In this document: piece after piece, positions 51,734-64,000 of the stretch
Position numbering within the stretch: position 1 is the stretch's first letter
How the letters are laid out: each line of letters starts with the position of its first letter
Source: Carcharhinus amblyrhynchos
Lineage: Eukaryota
Direction of reading: 5' to 3'
NCBI GenBank assembly: GCA_965287045.1
Contig: OZ336870.1
Coordinates: 106,578,001-106,642,000 of the forward strand
DNA length: 64,000 nt
Notes under the pieces: model-generated
Database searches by the model: none
What the model was told of the DNA's origin: nothing
The model's input: only the letters and a program-made list of their open reading frames with translations
Program-made: the position numbers and the translations under genes

Positions 51734-52659
51734 GACAGTAAAGGTCTGTGCATAATGTGGACCCTTTTGCTATATATGAAACTTAATGCTGCACTTCAAA
51801 AGTAATTCATTGTGATATGTTTTGCATGCCTTAAACAGAACGAGGGGCTATATAAAAGTATTTTTAACCTGTTGTGGGGTTGATTAACATCAAGCTAGGT
51901 TTCTGCTCTCCTTTCCTGTGATAATAATACCAGTGACTGACAAAATGAAGCCATTGCTTTATTTAAAACCCAAAGATGGCTTGAGGCATACTTTATAATG
52001 TTTACACCAAACTATTGATCCAGAATAACTCATTACAATAAGGATGAAGTCATTTACTTTTTTTTTGTTACATTGCACAGTATATTATGCACAAGAGAAA
52101 CCCTTTCCCCTCACGTCAGTATTTTTCTGCTGATACTATCCAGAAACACAGTAATGCCGGCACCTCCACATCATGACTATCCAGAAACGGCAGGGCAATT
52201 GGTACTAGAGTTTTATAGACACTGTTGTCTCTGTTGCAATGCAATTTATTGATTCATAGTCTAAAATCATGACAAAATTGTAACCAGAATATAGTCTGTG
52301 CACATAAAACAGAATTTAATAACTTGAGTCAATGATTTAGCTTTTATATAAAATCTCTCAGAACTTAAAGGAAGGCTGTGCATATTGCATCTTGCAGACA
52401 AAACCACAAAGCTTCTCAAATGCAAAGCAGAACTTTGAATGCAGAGAGTGCTGGTATGTTGGCATTCACAGCAGTCATGCAAGACCTGGCAAGGTTTCCC
52501 ATAAAAGCATTTGTTTTCCCAAAATTAACAGATGGAGAAATATTGGTGAGGACACTAGAAGAATTCCTCACTGTTCATATAGTGCCAGTGGATCTTTGAT
52601 ATCTATCTTATCCACAAAAACAGTCAGTGCCCCAGTCTAGCAACTTTCATGAAGGGTGT

Positions 52660-53165
52660 TACTTTGGACACTGCAGCACTCCCTCAGTACCAAAATAAAA
52701 TACTACAGGTTTTCCAAAATCTGAAATAAAAATAGAAAATGCTGGAAATATCTCGCACAGGTTTGCTTGTGGTGAGTCCCCTCCCACTGCTGGGTTAACA
52801 GCAGCAGTAATTGTCCATTTGAGGGCCTCAATTAACAGTGGGGTGGGAAGAGTGTTCATAGACCCTTCCACCATTTGTTTAATCTGATGAGTGGGAAATG
52901 AAAAGGTGGCAAATTCGCCATCCACCATCCTCTTCTGATTAAATGCCTCCTCTGCCATCAATCTCACCACGGGGAGAGCACAATGTCTCTCTCCAAAGAT
53001 CTTGCCGGACCTGCTGAGTTTTCCCAGGCATTTTGCTTTTATAATTATAGCACTTCCTCAGTACTCTACTGTACTGAAATAGCAGGCTAGATATATATAC
53101 TGTTCTGCAGTGGAACATGGATATTCTGTGTAGTAGACAAGAGTACTAAAACTGAGTTAGGAACT
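52660..53165 (-). mobile_element. Deu-domain SINE (SacSINE1/AmnSINE1-like) remnant interrupted by a Penelope fold-back insert (52691-53048)
   Basis: GACACTGCAGCACTCCCTCAGTAC...GTACTGAAATAGCAGGCTAGAT resembles the DeuSINE core; a 16-bp duplication AGCACT(C/T)CCTCAGTAC flanks the insert. Confidence 0.5.
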
Positions 53166-53857
53166 TGTTAAAATTAAATAACAATCCTTTTGTTAAAAAA
53201 TAAGATTTTTTAGCTAGATGTTAAAAGATATTTATTTGAATAATGTATGCTTTTAGAATGATTATGTTGTTGACAGCTTGTATTATTGTGTTTTGTTACT
53301 GTCAGGGTCTTTTTTTTTGGGTGGCTACCACATGGAAAGTCAAAGTAGTTCAGGAGGGCTCTAGCTTGTTTACCCTTTCTGAAGGGTTTGAATTGGAACT
53401 TGGTGCAGGAGAGAGTGCTACACAGAGCTGCCCTCTCTGTGATTAAAATTTGAAATATTTAGGGACCTCTGGCACCGGCATTGACACCCTTTAAATATCT
53501 AAAAGGAACTGTGGAGGCTCAAGGGGCTGCCTGAGTGAAGGGTGAATTGGGTTCCACAATACATTGAAATCCTACGTTCCGTACAGTTGACAACTCCAAG
53601 CAGAGCGAGCCTGTCTCCTTCTGGAGGTCTTAGATTGAGCGCTCCTCTTCAGAGTCAGGTCTGACTCAATTCCAGCATTCTAGAGAGGCTTTTGAGTTGT
53701 TGCTAAATGCTAACAGCATCCCAGTGATATTAAAGTTGCATGATGAATTTTGTGTTGTATTTAAGGGATCGAGAATTGGAATCATTTCCTTCTGTAGGTC
53801 TCCTGTTTGGCTAACGTATTTTGGACCCATGATCAGCAGAAAACTGATCAATGCATA

Positions 53858-54109
53858 TGTAATATCTGGCGACGACTCCGTGCTTGCAACAACAAAAGGA
53901 TTTATTAAACTATGATAATTATTTGCTCTATAGGGTCTGACAGAAATATCACACAAGTCTTCTCTCTCCTCCTCCCTGGCTCCAACTGAACTCCCAACCA
54001 CCAGGTGGCACACCCTCGCTTCCGATTGGCCCGTGCTTCTGTTCCATAGGGTCTGGCTCGATCACATGACCTGTGAAGGATTGCCCCTTCAAGGAGCCAT
54101 GTTACCACA
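53858..54109 (-). mobile_element. Solo-LTR-like element containing a CTCF motif
   Basis: TGT...ACA termini, reverse-strand AATAAA at ~53901, CCAAT at ~54024, locally higher CpG, and CCACCAGGTGGCAC at 53998-54011. The TSD is unconvincing. Confidence 0.5.
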
Positions 54110-57100
54110 ACATGTGTCCAATTATCTGATCTCTAATTGAATCTATGTAGGCCATTCGGAAATCCCACCAAGAAACTTCTGACATTTGCATTCAAATCTA
54201 TAGACCACTGATACAGTGGACATTAATAACATAAGACCTTAAAAACTAATGCAATTTCCTAAATTGCCATCCTGTGGAACATGCCGGTCTGTGAAATTCA
54301 CCCCATCTGAGGTCCCATTGTTTGGATTGGAAGAACACAGCTGCTTTTCTTGTAACATTCTTTATACCACAAATGTGAACTGTTGGCTGATAGGTTGTTT
54401 TCATACACTTATCTTTCCCCCAGAAGTAATTGCTCTGACAATGCATGAGCACAGGTCACTTATGGTCACAAGTGCCACCATCGCTATCACTATTTAAAGC
54501 TGCTAATTTTTCTTTCTAAGCCGTAATAAGTTATTTTAGAAGAAACCAAATAAAAGGCACATTGTTGATGGCTTAACAATTAAGCAAATGAATATCATGA
54601 CATATGGGGCGTAAGAACCCAAGTAGCAAGTTTCCTCCATTCAGTCATTTTTAGCAGCAAAGTGGATATACACTGCCCCATTTCATAATCCTGCCTGTGT
54701 TGCGCTAAAACTGATGAACAAAAGAAAATGTATTATAGATCTTCCATATCCTGGGCAATGATTTCCCTTGTATCCTTCTTTGGTTCCCACTTTGATCCTT
54801 TATGCAATTGAAATGACCGTCACATTGAAGTGCAGAAAATGATGTACGAATACACCAGCAACACTGCATCAGCACAAAAGACAAAATTCACAATGTGGTG
54901 AAGTAGCAGTGAAAAAGCTACTATATCAAACTAAAGGACTGTGGATCCCTTTGTAATGAAGCTAAAGCTCTTTAGAGATTTCAACCAATTAGCCCGTGTT
55001 TCAGTTTCTGATGGATATCGGATTCTTTAATGAAGTCCAGTATTCAGAGTTACAGATTACAGCTTGAAATCATACTGTTTGGTATTAAGAAGAAACTTTT
55101 TTGCATTCATGCCAGTTGGACTATCTGCTGTTAAGATTAACAGGTTAGTGTCGTCATTTAAAAAAGAAGATACTGTAGTAAAATTTCAACTGAATGTTAT
55201 GTATGGGTTCCGAATGTATGATTTTGCTTAATTAATCTTTAAGGTCATGCTGCATCCTCTTGTAAATTGCAAAGAATAGCTTTCATTCTTATAAGGATTT
55301 TCTTATGCGCTAGGACTAATAAACCTTCCCAATGCTAACTTATTTTAACTGGTCAAAAGTGAAGACATGACAAACTTCTGTTAATTGTTATAATTTTAAT
55401 TGAAGGTATATTTTCATTATTTTATCTGTTCACATTTTTGGCTTTTCTATGATTTAAAGAAGTTTATTTTTTTAGTCAGACTATCTGTAAGTTCCCTATG
55501 TTTTAGTTCATAAAAGGCCAATGTTATCAGAGAAAATAAATTGCTGCGGGAAACCACAGATGAAGTTTAAAAGGTTACTTTTTGTTCCGATGTTGTGTGG
55601 GTTAAAGTAGGAGAGATGTTTAAGTTACAACATGAGGATGAGTAACATTAAAATTACTGCTAGATTTATCAATAGATCAATTATTGGCTACAAGTAAAAT
55701 CCTATTTCCTTCTTGATAAATTTTATATAAAGCAAATGGACAAGTGCACCCAGAGCTGAGCTTTAGAAGGTCACTATTGCACTGTTTCTAAAGGAAATAC
55801 TTTTCATCAAAACTACTTCCCACCCTCAGTCCCCCTCCACCGCCTCCCTACCGTGGTATTTTCTTTTAGCTTATAACAAATAAAAGTTGTATTAAAGGCA
55901 ATCTTTAGGTGAACAGTATAAAAATGACTTGTATTCTGTTCAGAATGACTGTAAAGTTGTTTAGGTGGAAGGAGAGGATGTTATGTATAAAGGTACAAAC
56001 TCCTGAGGTTCACAAAGAGTAATGTGTTATGTGCATTAAATACTTCTGACACTGCACAACATCTACATCTGGAACCACTAAAATACTTGTTCTGAGTGTG
56101 TGAAGCAGATTTAGCTGGGAACATGTCACAAACTTGCATTAGGAAATGAATGTCTCTGTCTGATTAGATACAAGGGAGCGAAAGCAAAACACTTTTAACT
56201 GGAAGGTGTGAGGGAATGAAATAGCACTGGTAAAGAAAGTGGCAAATGAAGGTTGTTGGACTGGAGCACTGAAAGCAAGGTGTCCAATATGTAGTGTATG
56301 TTACATTAGACTGTATTACAGAAATAGCTAAGTGAGCTGACATGCTGGATGATAAATGGAATTATTTGTGTGCACAACTTGTGTTAATTAGGCACAATAA
56401 CAGGCAATAGCTGTTTTTTTTAAATATATAATCTCAGGGGCACAGCAGACACAAGAAGGGAAGAAAAAAGGCCATGCAAAGGGGAATTGGTTTTGCCTGA
56501 TGGCTACTTCACTGGGTACTAAAAAGAGCTGATAATTGCCTGTAGTTTATTATAATTCTGAATATTATGGCCAATTTTTCCAGCACTGTTGTTTCATGAT
56601 TAATAACTATGTATACTTGGCATCATCACTTTGAACATCAATGAACTTTATGTTCAGAAAAATCAATTTCTTGTTTCACTGAAAACCCTTTGAGAAATGC
56701 AGGAAAGCACTAATGTTGAAAAGCAAAGGGAGATGAAGTAAATCAAGAAGTGTGATTTGATACCAAGTTAGTGTTTTAAAATCCTGTAAAGCGGAGGTGC
56801 AACTGAAGCTGGACTGAGATAACGAGCTCCACGCTTTGCAGTTCTAGGAAAGAATGAGTCAGAAGGGAAAATAGTTCAACAATTTTTGATTTCAACACTG
56901 AAGATGTAATAAGTATGAAGGACACACATGTTGTGGTGTTTCTGATGTAAAGCGGATAAAGATTGCACAGATTGGTGCGTTATCTGATGGAAGGAGAATG
57001 AAGAGCTTCGGATTGGTGCATTTTCTATGGAAGGGATGGAGAATGCAGACGTTTGGGCATTTAAAATTTAGAAGCGCAACGGCAAAAGCAATAGCAGTGG

Positions 57101-57315
57101 ATAATTTATGATTCAGATACTGACACTCTGTAAATGTTTATCTTCCAAAGCTTTCAGATGAAAGCTTATTGCCTGGATCAAATAGTGTAGATGTTCCACA
57201 TGCCAATTATTTATTGTTTCATTTGCATTTTTCAGTTTTAATAAATTAGTAAGGTCAACAACTTGCTGAACATCTCAAGCTTAAAATAGCTGGTTGAATG
57301 GAGTCTGGTGAGATG

Positions 57316-57719
57316 TCAGCCAAAATTCTCTAACCGTAAAGGTGTGGAATGCCCTGCCTGCAACAGAAGTGGACTCGCCAAATTAAGGGTATTTAAATGG
57401 TCATTAGATAAACATATGGCTGCTATTTGAATAGTGTAGGTTAGATGGGCCTTAGATTGGTTTTCACAGGTTGGCGCGACATCGAGGGCCAAAGGGTCTG
57501 TGCTGCACTGTAATGTTCTATGCTCTATGCTCACGCCAGTGGGATCTTCCAGTTCTGCTGACAATGCACTCCTGCCACTGGTTTCCCTGAGACAAGGGGT
57601 GGAATCAATGGGAAATTCCATTGACAGTGGCAGGACCTGAAGATCCCACCACCAGCAAGCTGCACAACACCTCCCTTTGCTGAGCAACACGCAGTTGGGA
57701 AGCCAGAGAATCCCAGCCA
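57316..57719. mobile_element. MITE containing a CR1 3' end (+, ~57335-57530)
   Basis: CR1: GTGTGGAATGCCCTGCCTG...GAGGGCCAAAGGGTCTGTGCTGCACTGTAATGTTCTATG. The MITE body is homologous to 26462-26659 and ends GAGAATCCCAGCC. Confidence 0.65.
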
Positions 57720-57804
57720 TCACCTCCAAAGTTGGGTGGATAAATTTAATTACTAAATGAGACTAAAGTACACTATTTAAATAATTTGACGCATAAACTG
57801 GATG

Positions 57805-58262
57805 AGGCTGCCACTGACATTTATTGTCCATCCCTTGAGAATGTGGTTGTGAGTTTCCTTCTTCTATTGCTGTGACTCTTGTGATGTAGGTACAACCACA
57901 GTGTTGTTAGAGTTCCCGGAATCAGTGACAATGAAGAAATGGTGATATAGTTTCAAGTCAGGATGATATGTGACGTGGGAGGGTAATTTGCTGGTGGTGA
58001 GTTTCCATACACCAGCTATCAATGTCCTCGGTGGTAGAGGTTATATGTTTGAGAATGCCGTTGAAAAAGACTTTGGTAGTAGAAGAAGTGAATATTGAAA
58101 TTGTTGAATAGGATATCCATTTAATGCTTGCATTTGTTCTGGATGGTATCAAAATTTTTAAGGGTTGTTAAAGCTGCACTCATCCAGGAACCCACTTTGG
58201 ACTTGTGTCCCTTAGTACATATGGAAAGTCTTTGGTGAGTTAGAAGGCAGAGTCATTCATTG
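57805..58262 (-). mobile_element. RTE-X-like LINE 3' fragment
   Basis: CATTTATTGTCCATCCCTTGAG...AAAGCTGCACTCATCCAGG is homologous to 14790-15400. Confidence 0.6.
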
Positions 58263-58567
58263 CAAGTAATAATCAATCCACAAGTCTCAGAAAAGCAATA
58301 TTAGGCCTGATTTTTAACCCTTGTCACTAATTGGAATGTGGCAACTGGATGGTTAAAATACTGGTACTGTTGCACTTGATGTGCTGACATTTTAATTGTG
58401 TACTTCCAGCATTGGGGAAGGGTCCTCAAAGTCAGACAGGGGCCTTGTGAATATATTTAAAGAGGGTCCTGTGACACAACTAGGAACTTGACACCATGTT
58501 AATATAAAATTGCCAAGGACCCATATAGTACAGAAATCCACTGTGATTAGCCACTAACATAATCTTT

Positions 58568-58905
58568 CATAAAATCCCTACAATGCAGAAAGGCCATCTG
58601 GCCCACTGAGTCTGTATTGATTCTCCAAAAGACTATCTTACCTAGGGCCTCTCTCCCACTCTATCCTATAACCCCGAGTATTTACTATAGCTAATCCATC
58701 TAATCTATACATTTTGGGACACTAAGTGGCAATTTAGCATGGCCAATCCACCTAACCTGCATATCTTTGGAATGTGGGAGGAAGCCAGAGCACCCAGAGG
58801 AAACCCATACAGACACGCGGAAACATAGACAGTCATCCAAGGCTGGAATTGAACCCGGGTTCCTGGTGCTGTGAGACACTAGTGCTAACCACTATGCCAC
58901 CACGC
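58568..58905 (-). mobile_element. HE1-type SINE (CR1-tail type) nested in a MITE (~58303-59192)
   Basis: CATAAAATCCCTACAATGCAGAAAGGCCAT...GGCAATTTAGCATGGCCAATCCACCTAACCTGC...GTGCTAACCACTATGCCACC. Confidence 0.85.
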
Positions 58906-60290
58906 TGCACATTTAAGGAACTCCGAAACTTTAAGCAGTGCTCACAAGCAGATAATGATTAGGGATCTTTATCCAATTAAGTATCCAGGAAGGATTCCAG
59001 CTTGCAGATCACTGCTTTCTTACTCATTGTGGTTCCATGTGCATCATGAGACATCTGTTGGGTTGTGCAATTTTCCACTTGTATGCTGGTGAGGCTTGGC
59101 CCTCAAGAGGAGCTGAGCCCCAGCCAGGTGACTGATCCACATACAAAATGGACAGCTGAATGTGAAAATCTCCAATACATCAAAAATTAGCCTCACTAAT
59201 GGAGAATTTATATCACACTTCTGACTAAAATCATTTATGTTTTGAACTGAAAAAAATCACTCAAAATTGTAAATAGAATACATAATGTTGTATTAGTCAA
59301 TTTTTAATAAATGACAAGAGAAATGATTGTAAGCCTCTGCGTTGTCAATTAACAGCAATTTTAATTTTAATAACTCAGGCAATGTAAACCTGATACTGGT
59401 GACTGCTGAAAACTTAACTTATATGTGGTTTATCTTAGAAATTTTAAGCAATGGAAAGAGAATTTAACATATGGTAGACTTGAGAGACTGGTTTCCATCA
59501 CTATCAAGTTCTGTTTATTTATATTGACTATACTGTCTCGTATAGTCCTTTAATGTGGGCAAAAGTACCATCAGAAATAGAACCCTCCAAAATAGTGTTC
59601 TGGTAACATAACTGGGAGAGGCATTCACTTTGCAGCTCTAGTGCAAAATGTGGAAATAACATCATCGAATGATACAGATCCTGATTCATTAACAAGCTGT
59701 AAACGTCATTTCTGGTTTTGGTGGTTACAGAGTGCCTGACAGACCATATCACCAATTTATCAGTGCTCACAAAGAATTCTGAATAAAATGATTGACAGTG
59801 AAGGTTGTGAAGATCATTTGGAAATCAAAGTGAAGACTCGTGTGTGGAATTTTCTGTTCTGAGTCAATAGTAGATGCAAAAGTCTGAGTGACTTTCTCTG
59901 GAGAATGGGATGGCTGAACATGAGATCTTGCAGACATGAGGAGTATGTTAAATCTCATGGTGGGATGGGCAGGAAGTGGCCTTGCTCTATCATCTCCTCA
60001 TGGGCTCCAGCATTGAACTGCACCTGGATAGAGGTGCAAATGGGGTTCCCCATATTGACTAGCAGGACACATGTCCTGCCTTTAACCCACCCTGAAAGCC
60101 AGGAGAACATGATTCCAATCTAATTTCCTGATATCAGGAAACAGAATTTTGGCCTCACACCAAATTTTGCTCCGCCCCGCCCCCCACGTGCCAGAATTCC
60201 CATTGTTGGTAGGAAGGGAATATTCTGCTCTCTGCAGTTTTACTGACATTTGCAAGTTGGGTAATAAAGTTGACAAATCTTGAAGTTAAT

Positions 60291-60418
60291 AGGGTGGAAT
60301 TTTCCGTTCGTTCACACAAACAGGATTCTCTGGTCCGGCTGTGGTGAACGGAGATTTGACTGAGCGCCAAATTCTCCGTCCTCACGGTGGGGGCGTGAAC
60401 GGTTGGAAACTTCCAGCC
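60291..60418. mobile_element. Short palindromic MITE
   Basis: GGGTGGAATTTTCC / GGAAACTTCCAGCC termini; the core GGAGATTTG.CT.AG.GCCAAATTCT is shared with 62266-62398. Confidence 0.6.
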
Positions 60419-60560
60419 ATTGTAATTATTTCATTCGTGAAATAGTGAATCGTTGCCAGCTAGTTGCATCAAAAGCACAATAAATGTTATGTCAGTGAAC
60501 ATTTTTAAAAGTAAAAGAAATGAATTAACTTTGTGGTTAAGAATAAGATTGAAGGTACCC

Positions 60561-61391
60561 AGGGCAGAATGTCCCAGTCCCCCTCTGGCAGGACTGAAGG
60601 CAGGGGAGCTTGTAAAATATCTGCCCAGTGCCTACCCACCATCCTGCCTGATCTCCCATTTTGCAGGAGTGGGAGTGGTGGGGTAGGTAGTCTGCCCATT
60701 CTTAGGCCTATTGAGGCCCTTGAATGCAGAATTAATAGCCATATAAGTGCCTTAACCCACAGAATGGGAGCCTACACCATTCAGGAGGCTAATGCAGCTT
60801 TAGCTTTATCTTTTGGGGAAAAGTCCTGGAACTCCCTCCCTCACAGCACAATGGGTATACCTACACCACACGGACTGCAGTAGTTCAAGAAGGCAGCTTA
60901 TCATCACCATCCTGAGGGCAGTTAGGGAAGCGCAATGAATACTAGTCCAGATTGCAACTCCCACGTCCTGCAAATGAATAAAAGAAGAAATACCTTCCCG
61001 GCCCCACCCACCCACCAAAGGTCATATTTTCCTTTATCATTCCCTCCACAGCCCCTCAAACTCAGATTGCTAATCCCACTGGGGCCTCCCCACCAGGCCT
61101 TCCCAATACCCTAGACTTGCCTCCATTATCTCCGCCTGTTCAGACTGCCTGTACTCTTAACAGTGACCATCACCTGGCTCTCTGAGGTGGAGCTTCCTCC
61201 CAGATGGTTGGGGGAGCGGTGGGGCATGGGAGGGGTATCACCCTGAGTCCATTAACACCCTGTTAAAAGATAAATTTGCAGCAGAGCAACTAGCATGAGC
61301 AAGGATACATTCTCTGCTAAGCGGGGATGCATTCTTTGCTGATACTTTAGGTGGTGGGATGAGAATTCCCACCATCTGAAAAATCCTGCCC
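60561..61391. mobile_element. Harbinger-like MITE containing a LINE 3' fragment (~60805-60985)
   Basis: Termini AGGGCAGAAT / AAATCCTGCCC; internal LINE tail GGGCAGTTAGGGAAGCGCAATGAATACT. Confidence 0.5.
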
Positions 61392-62265
61392 AAAGAATGT
61401 GCACAAATATACAAAATGAAATGTTGTGTTGAAAATGAAACTTCTTAAACTATTGAGAAATGAACCTATAAAGATAAACTCTTCAATAATGTAGGTCACA
61501 GAGATATTGCGTTTTTTTTCATAAATTTACATTTCGGAAAACATAGAGTAACTTTGCAGGGCAATTTCCGAAGAGATTAAATGGATGGCAGGTGCTGGTG
61601 TCAAGACAGATTATAGATGAAATGTGTTTGATAGCTGAATGGCGTTTTCTCAATCCCTACATTTTAAATTTTTTTTGTTGGTGAATTTTTGTGCACATTT
61701 AAGGTGAAGGATGTTTGTATTGGAAGACAGACATTTTCAACATTTCACTGATAGTAAGAAGTGCTCTGTGGTTAGATACAACAGGAAGTAAAGCTTCATC
61801 TCCTCCACCTCAACAATAGGGATAATGTACTGCCAGCGCATACCAGAAGCCCCCAGTCTGAATATGAAGCATTCATTTTGATCAACAGAATATTGGGCAG
61901 CCTGGGTAATGGACACAGCATCCTGCCCAGCTGATATTCCACTGTGCGCTTCCAACACATGCTGTTTTGTGTAAAGAGAGGAAAAGAATAAAATGACCTT
62001 GAGTGCACTTTAACCCCAACTGCATCAGTATGACCTTTGTCCTGATTTCATATACCAGCTACCTTGTCATGCTTGAATAAGGTTAACAAGTACCCTTCTA
62101 ACCAACAGACAAAGGTTTTTCATCCTACTAATGTGGGTTGAATTTAAACTCGCTCTACTGTCTAATCCCTACATTATTTAAAATTGGTGTTCAAAAACCA
62201 AATTCTGAATAGGAATTTGGACTTATCAGCCCTATGGATGAGTTTCACAAGATCTGGCTCTTGGA

Positions 62266-62398
62266 GTCAGATTCTCTGACCTCACCCACAGTTGGGATTT
62301 TCCGATCTTGCTGCAGTGAATGGAGATTTGGCTAAGTGCCAAATTCTGGGATCTCACTGAGAAGGCAGTGGGGTGTGAACAGCTGGAGAATTCAGGCC
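62266..62398. mobile_element. Short palindromic MITE
   Basis: GATTCTC / GGAGAATTC termini; homologous to 60291-60418. Confidence 0.6.
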
Positions 62399-62839
62399 TT
62401 GGGAGTAAATTTTCATTCTCAGCTCTGATTGGAAAATTAGCTGTGTGCTGTCAATGATTTCCCACAAAAGTTCCTGGGATACAAAGCTTGTTAGGAATGT
62501 TGAAGACAAAGTTCACCTCTTAAGGTTTTGTCAGCCAGGAGTGAACATCCTTGACTTTGGCAAATCTGTGGCCCAGTTCAGCTCATTCTGATAGCTAGAA
62601 CATTGACCTCTCCACCTCAACACCAACGCCACTTGCAGAGGTGCCTCAACCAACGCAGCACAGAATAGTTCAGAGGAACCTTCCTGCTTTGCATTGCTCA
62701 TTACCCACTGCATCCAATACCTTCTATTAATGCATTATTTTCTATTAAATTAGCCTGAAAGCTATAATAGGGAACTTTAGATATTCCATTTGATTTATTC
62801 AATGGTAAATCAATGTAGCTGAAGATAATAAAGTAAATT

Positions 62840-63970
62840 CAGAACATAAATAGCAGCAGGTGTGTAGACCCCATGGTCCATCAAGTCTGGTCCAATGTTA
62901 ATATGATCATGGCTGATTTTGGGCTTCAACTCCATTTCCCTCCCCATTCGCCATTCCCCTCAAGTCCCTGAGAGACCACAAATCTGTCTATCCCAACATT
63001 AAATGTATTTAACAATGGAGAATCCACAATCCGCTGGGGAAGAGAATTCGAAAGATCCACAACCCTTTGAGTGAAGAGGTATTTCATCTTAGTCCTAAAT
63101 GATCAATCTCTCTTCCCAAGATTCCCTGACCAATGGAAACAATCTCTCGGCATTCACCCTATCAAGCCTCTTCCAAATTTTATGGATTTCAGTGAGATCG
63201 TTAGATAGCATGAGCACAATTTACTCAGCTCCTCACCATTGAACAGTCCATCATTCAAACCAGCCTCCCATCCATTGACTCCATCTACATTTCCCTTTGA
63301 CTCGGAAAAACAGCCAGCATAGTCAAGGACCCCGTTCTCCCAGGATATACTGTCTTCCAACTGTTTCTGCTGGGAGAAAGATACAAAAGTCTGAGGTCAT
63401 GTACCAACTGACTCAAGAACAGCTTCTCCCCTGCTGCCATCAAACTTTTGAATGGACCTACCTCGTATTAAGTTGATCTTTCTCCACACCCTAGCTATGA
63501 CTGTGACACTACATTCTGCACTCTCGCATTTCCTTCTCTATGAACAGCATGCTTTGTCTGTGTAGAACGCAAGAAACAATACTTTTCGCTGTAAGATAAT
63601 ACATATAACAATAATAAATCAAAATCATCTCCAGGGCTAATTTAGTGAACCTTCACTGTGCTGCCTCCAATGCAAGTACATACTTTCTTAAATGTGGAGA
63701 CTAAAACTGCACAGTACTTTGTGATCTCACCAAAGCCATGTACGATTGTAGCAAGACTTATTTACTTATGTATTCCAATCTCATTGCAGTAAAGGCCAAC
63801 ATGCCATTTGCCTTTCTAATTACTTGCGTGCACCTGCATGCTAACTTTCTGTATTTCGTGTAGAAGGCATTCGAGTATATTTGAACATCCAACACTTAAA
63901 GGTTTCTCACCATTTAAAAAATGTTCTGCTTTTTATTCTTACAATCAAAGTGAATAACTTCACACTGCCC
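62840..63970 (-). mobile_element. CR1-type LINE 3' region interrupted by another LINE end
   Basis: AGAACATAAATAGCAGCAGG...GAGAATTCGAAAGATCCACAACCC; resumes CCAGGGCTAATTTAGTGAACCTTCACTG...AAGGCCAACATGCCATTTGCCTT. Confidence 0.7.
63243..63627 (+). mobile_element. Rex1/Babar-like LINE 3' end
   Basis: CAGCATAGTCAAGGACCCC...AGATACAAAAGTCTGAGG..ACTCAAGAACAGCTTC (SIxKDP..RYKSL..LKNSF motif), ending ATAATAAATCAAAATCA. Confidence 0.6.
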
Positions 63971-64000
63971 ACCACTGGGTATATAGGGAAACCTGCAGCC

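Noticed and set aside
56970-57034. Imperfect direct repeat containing two inverted CCAAT boxes 41 bp apart
   Set aside because: Short and degenerate; probably an old LTR or repeat remnant whose boundaries I cannot define.
1-64000. CRISPR arrays, operons or other prokaryotic defence systems
   Set aside because: The sequence is vertebrate intronic/intergenic DNA, with no regularly spaced repeat-spacer array or gene-dense region.
8767-64000. Downstream collagen exons (furin site, Gly-X-Y)
   Set aside because: None found by eye or in the ORF track, although a short exon could have been missed.

Overview
This is vertebrate genomic DNA, almost certainly from a shark (elasmobranch), judged from HE1/V-SINE-type SINEs, CR1/L2 LINE debris and shark-typical Penelope ends. 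No prokaryotic features were seen. The only well-supported host coding sequence is one exon (8452-8766, +) encoding the cytoplasmic tail, transmembrane helix and coiled coil of a membrane collagen (MACIT family, COL23A1/COL25A1-like). It sits in a CpG-retaining promoter region, and the remaining ~55 kb appears to be one repeat-rich intron in which I found no second exon. Notable items: (1) short Penelope-like retroelement ends carrying minimal hammerhead-ribozyme motifs, inserted as fold-back palindromes, several with target-site duplications; (2) a degenerate tandem array of an unidentified ~1-1.5 kb unit at 1-4540; (3) a CCA-tailed retroposed tRNA-Val; (4) PIF/Harbinger transposase fossils with many GC-rich MITEs; (5) a local template-switch copy between inverted LINEs; (6) a solo-LTR-like element carrying a strong CTCF motif. 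Most ORFs in the supplied track are spurious. Repeat boundaries are approximate because they were read by eye.
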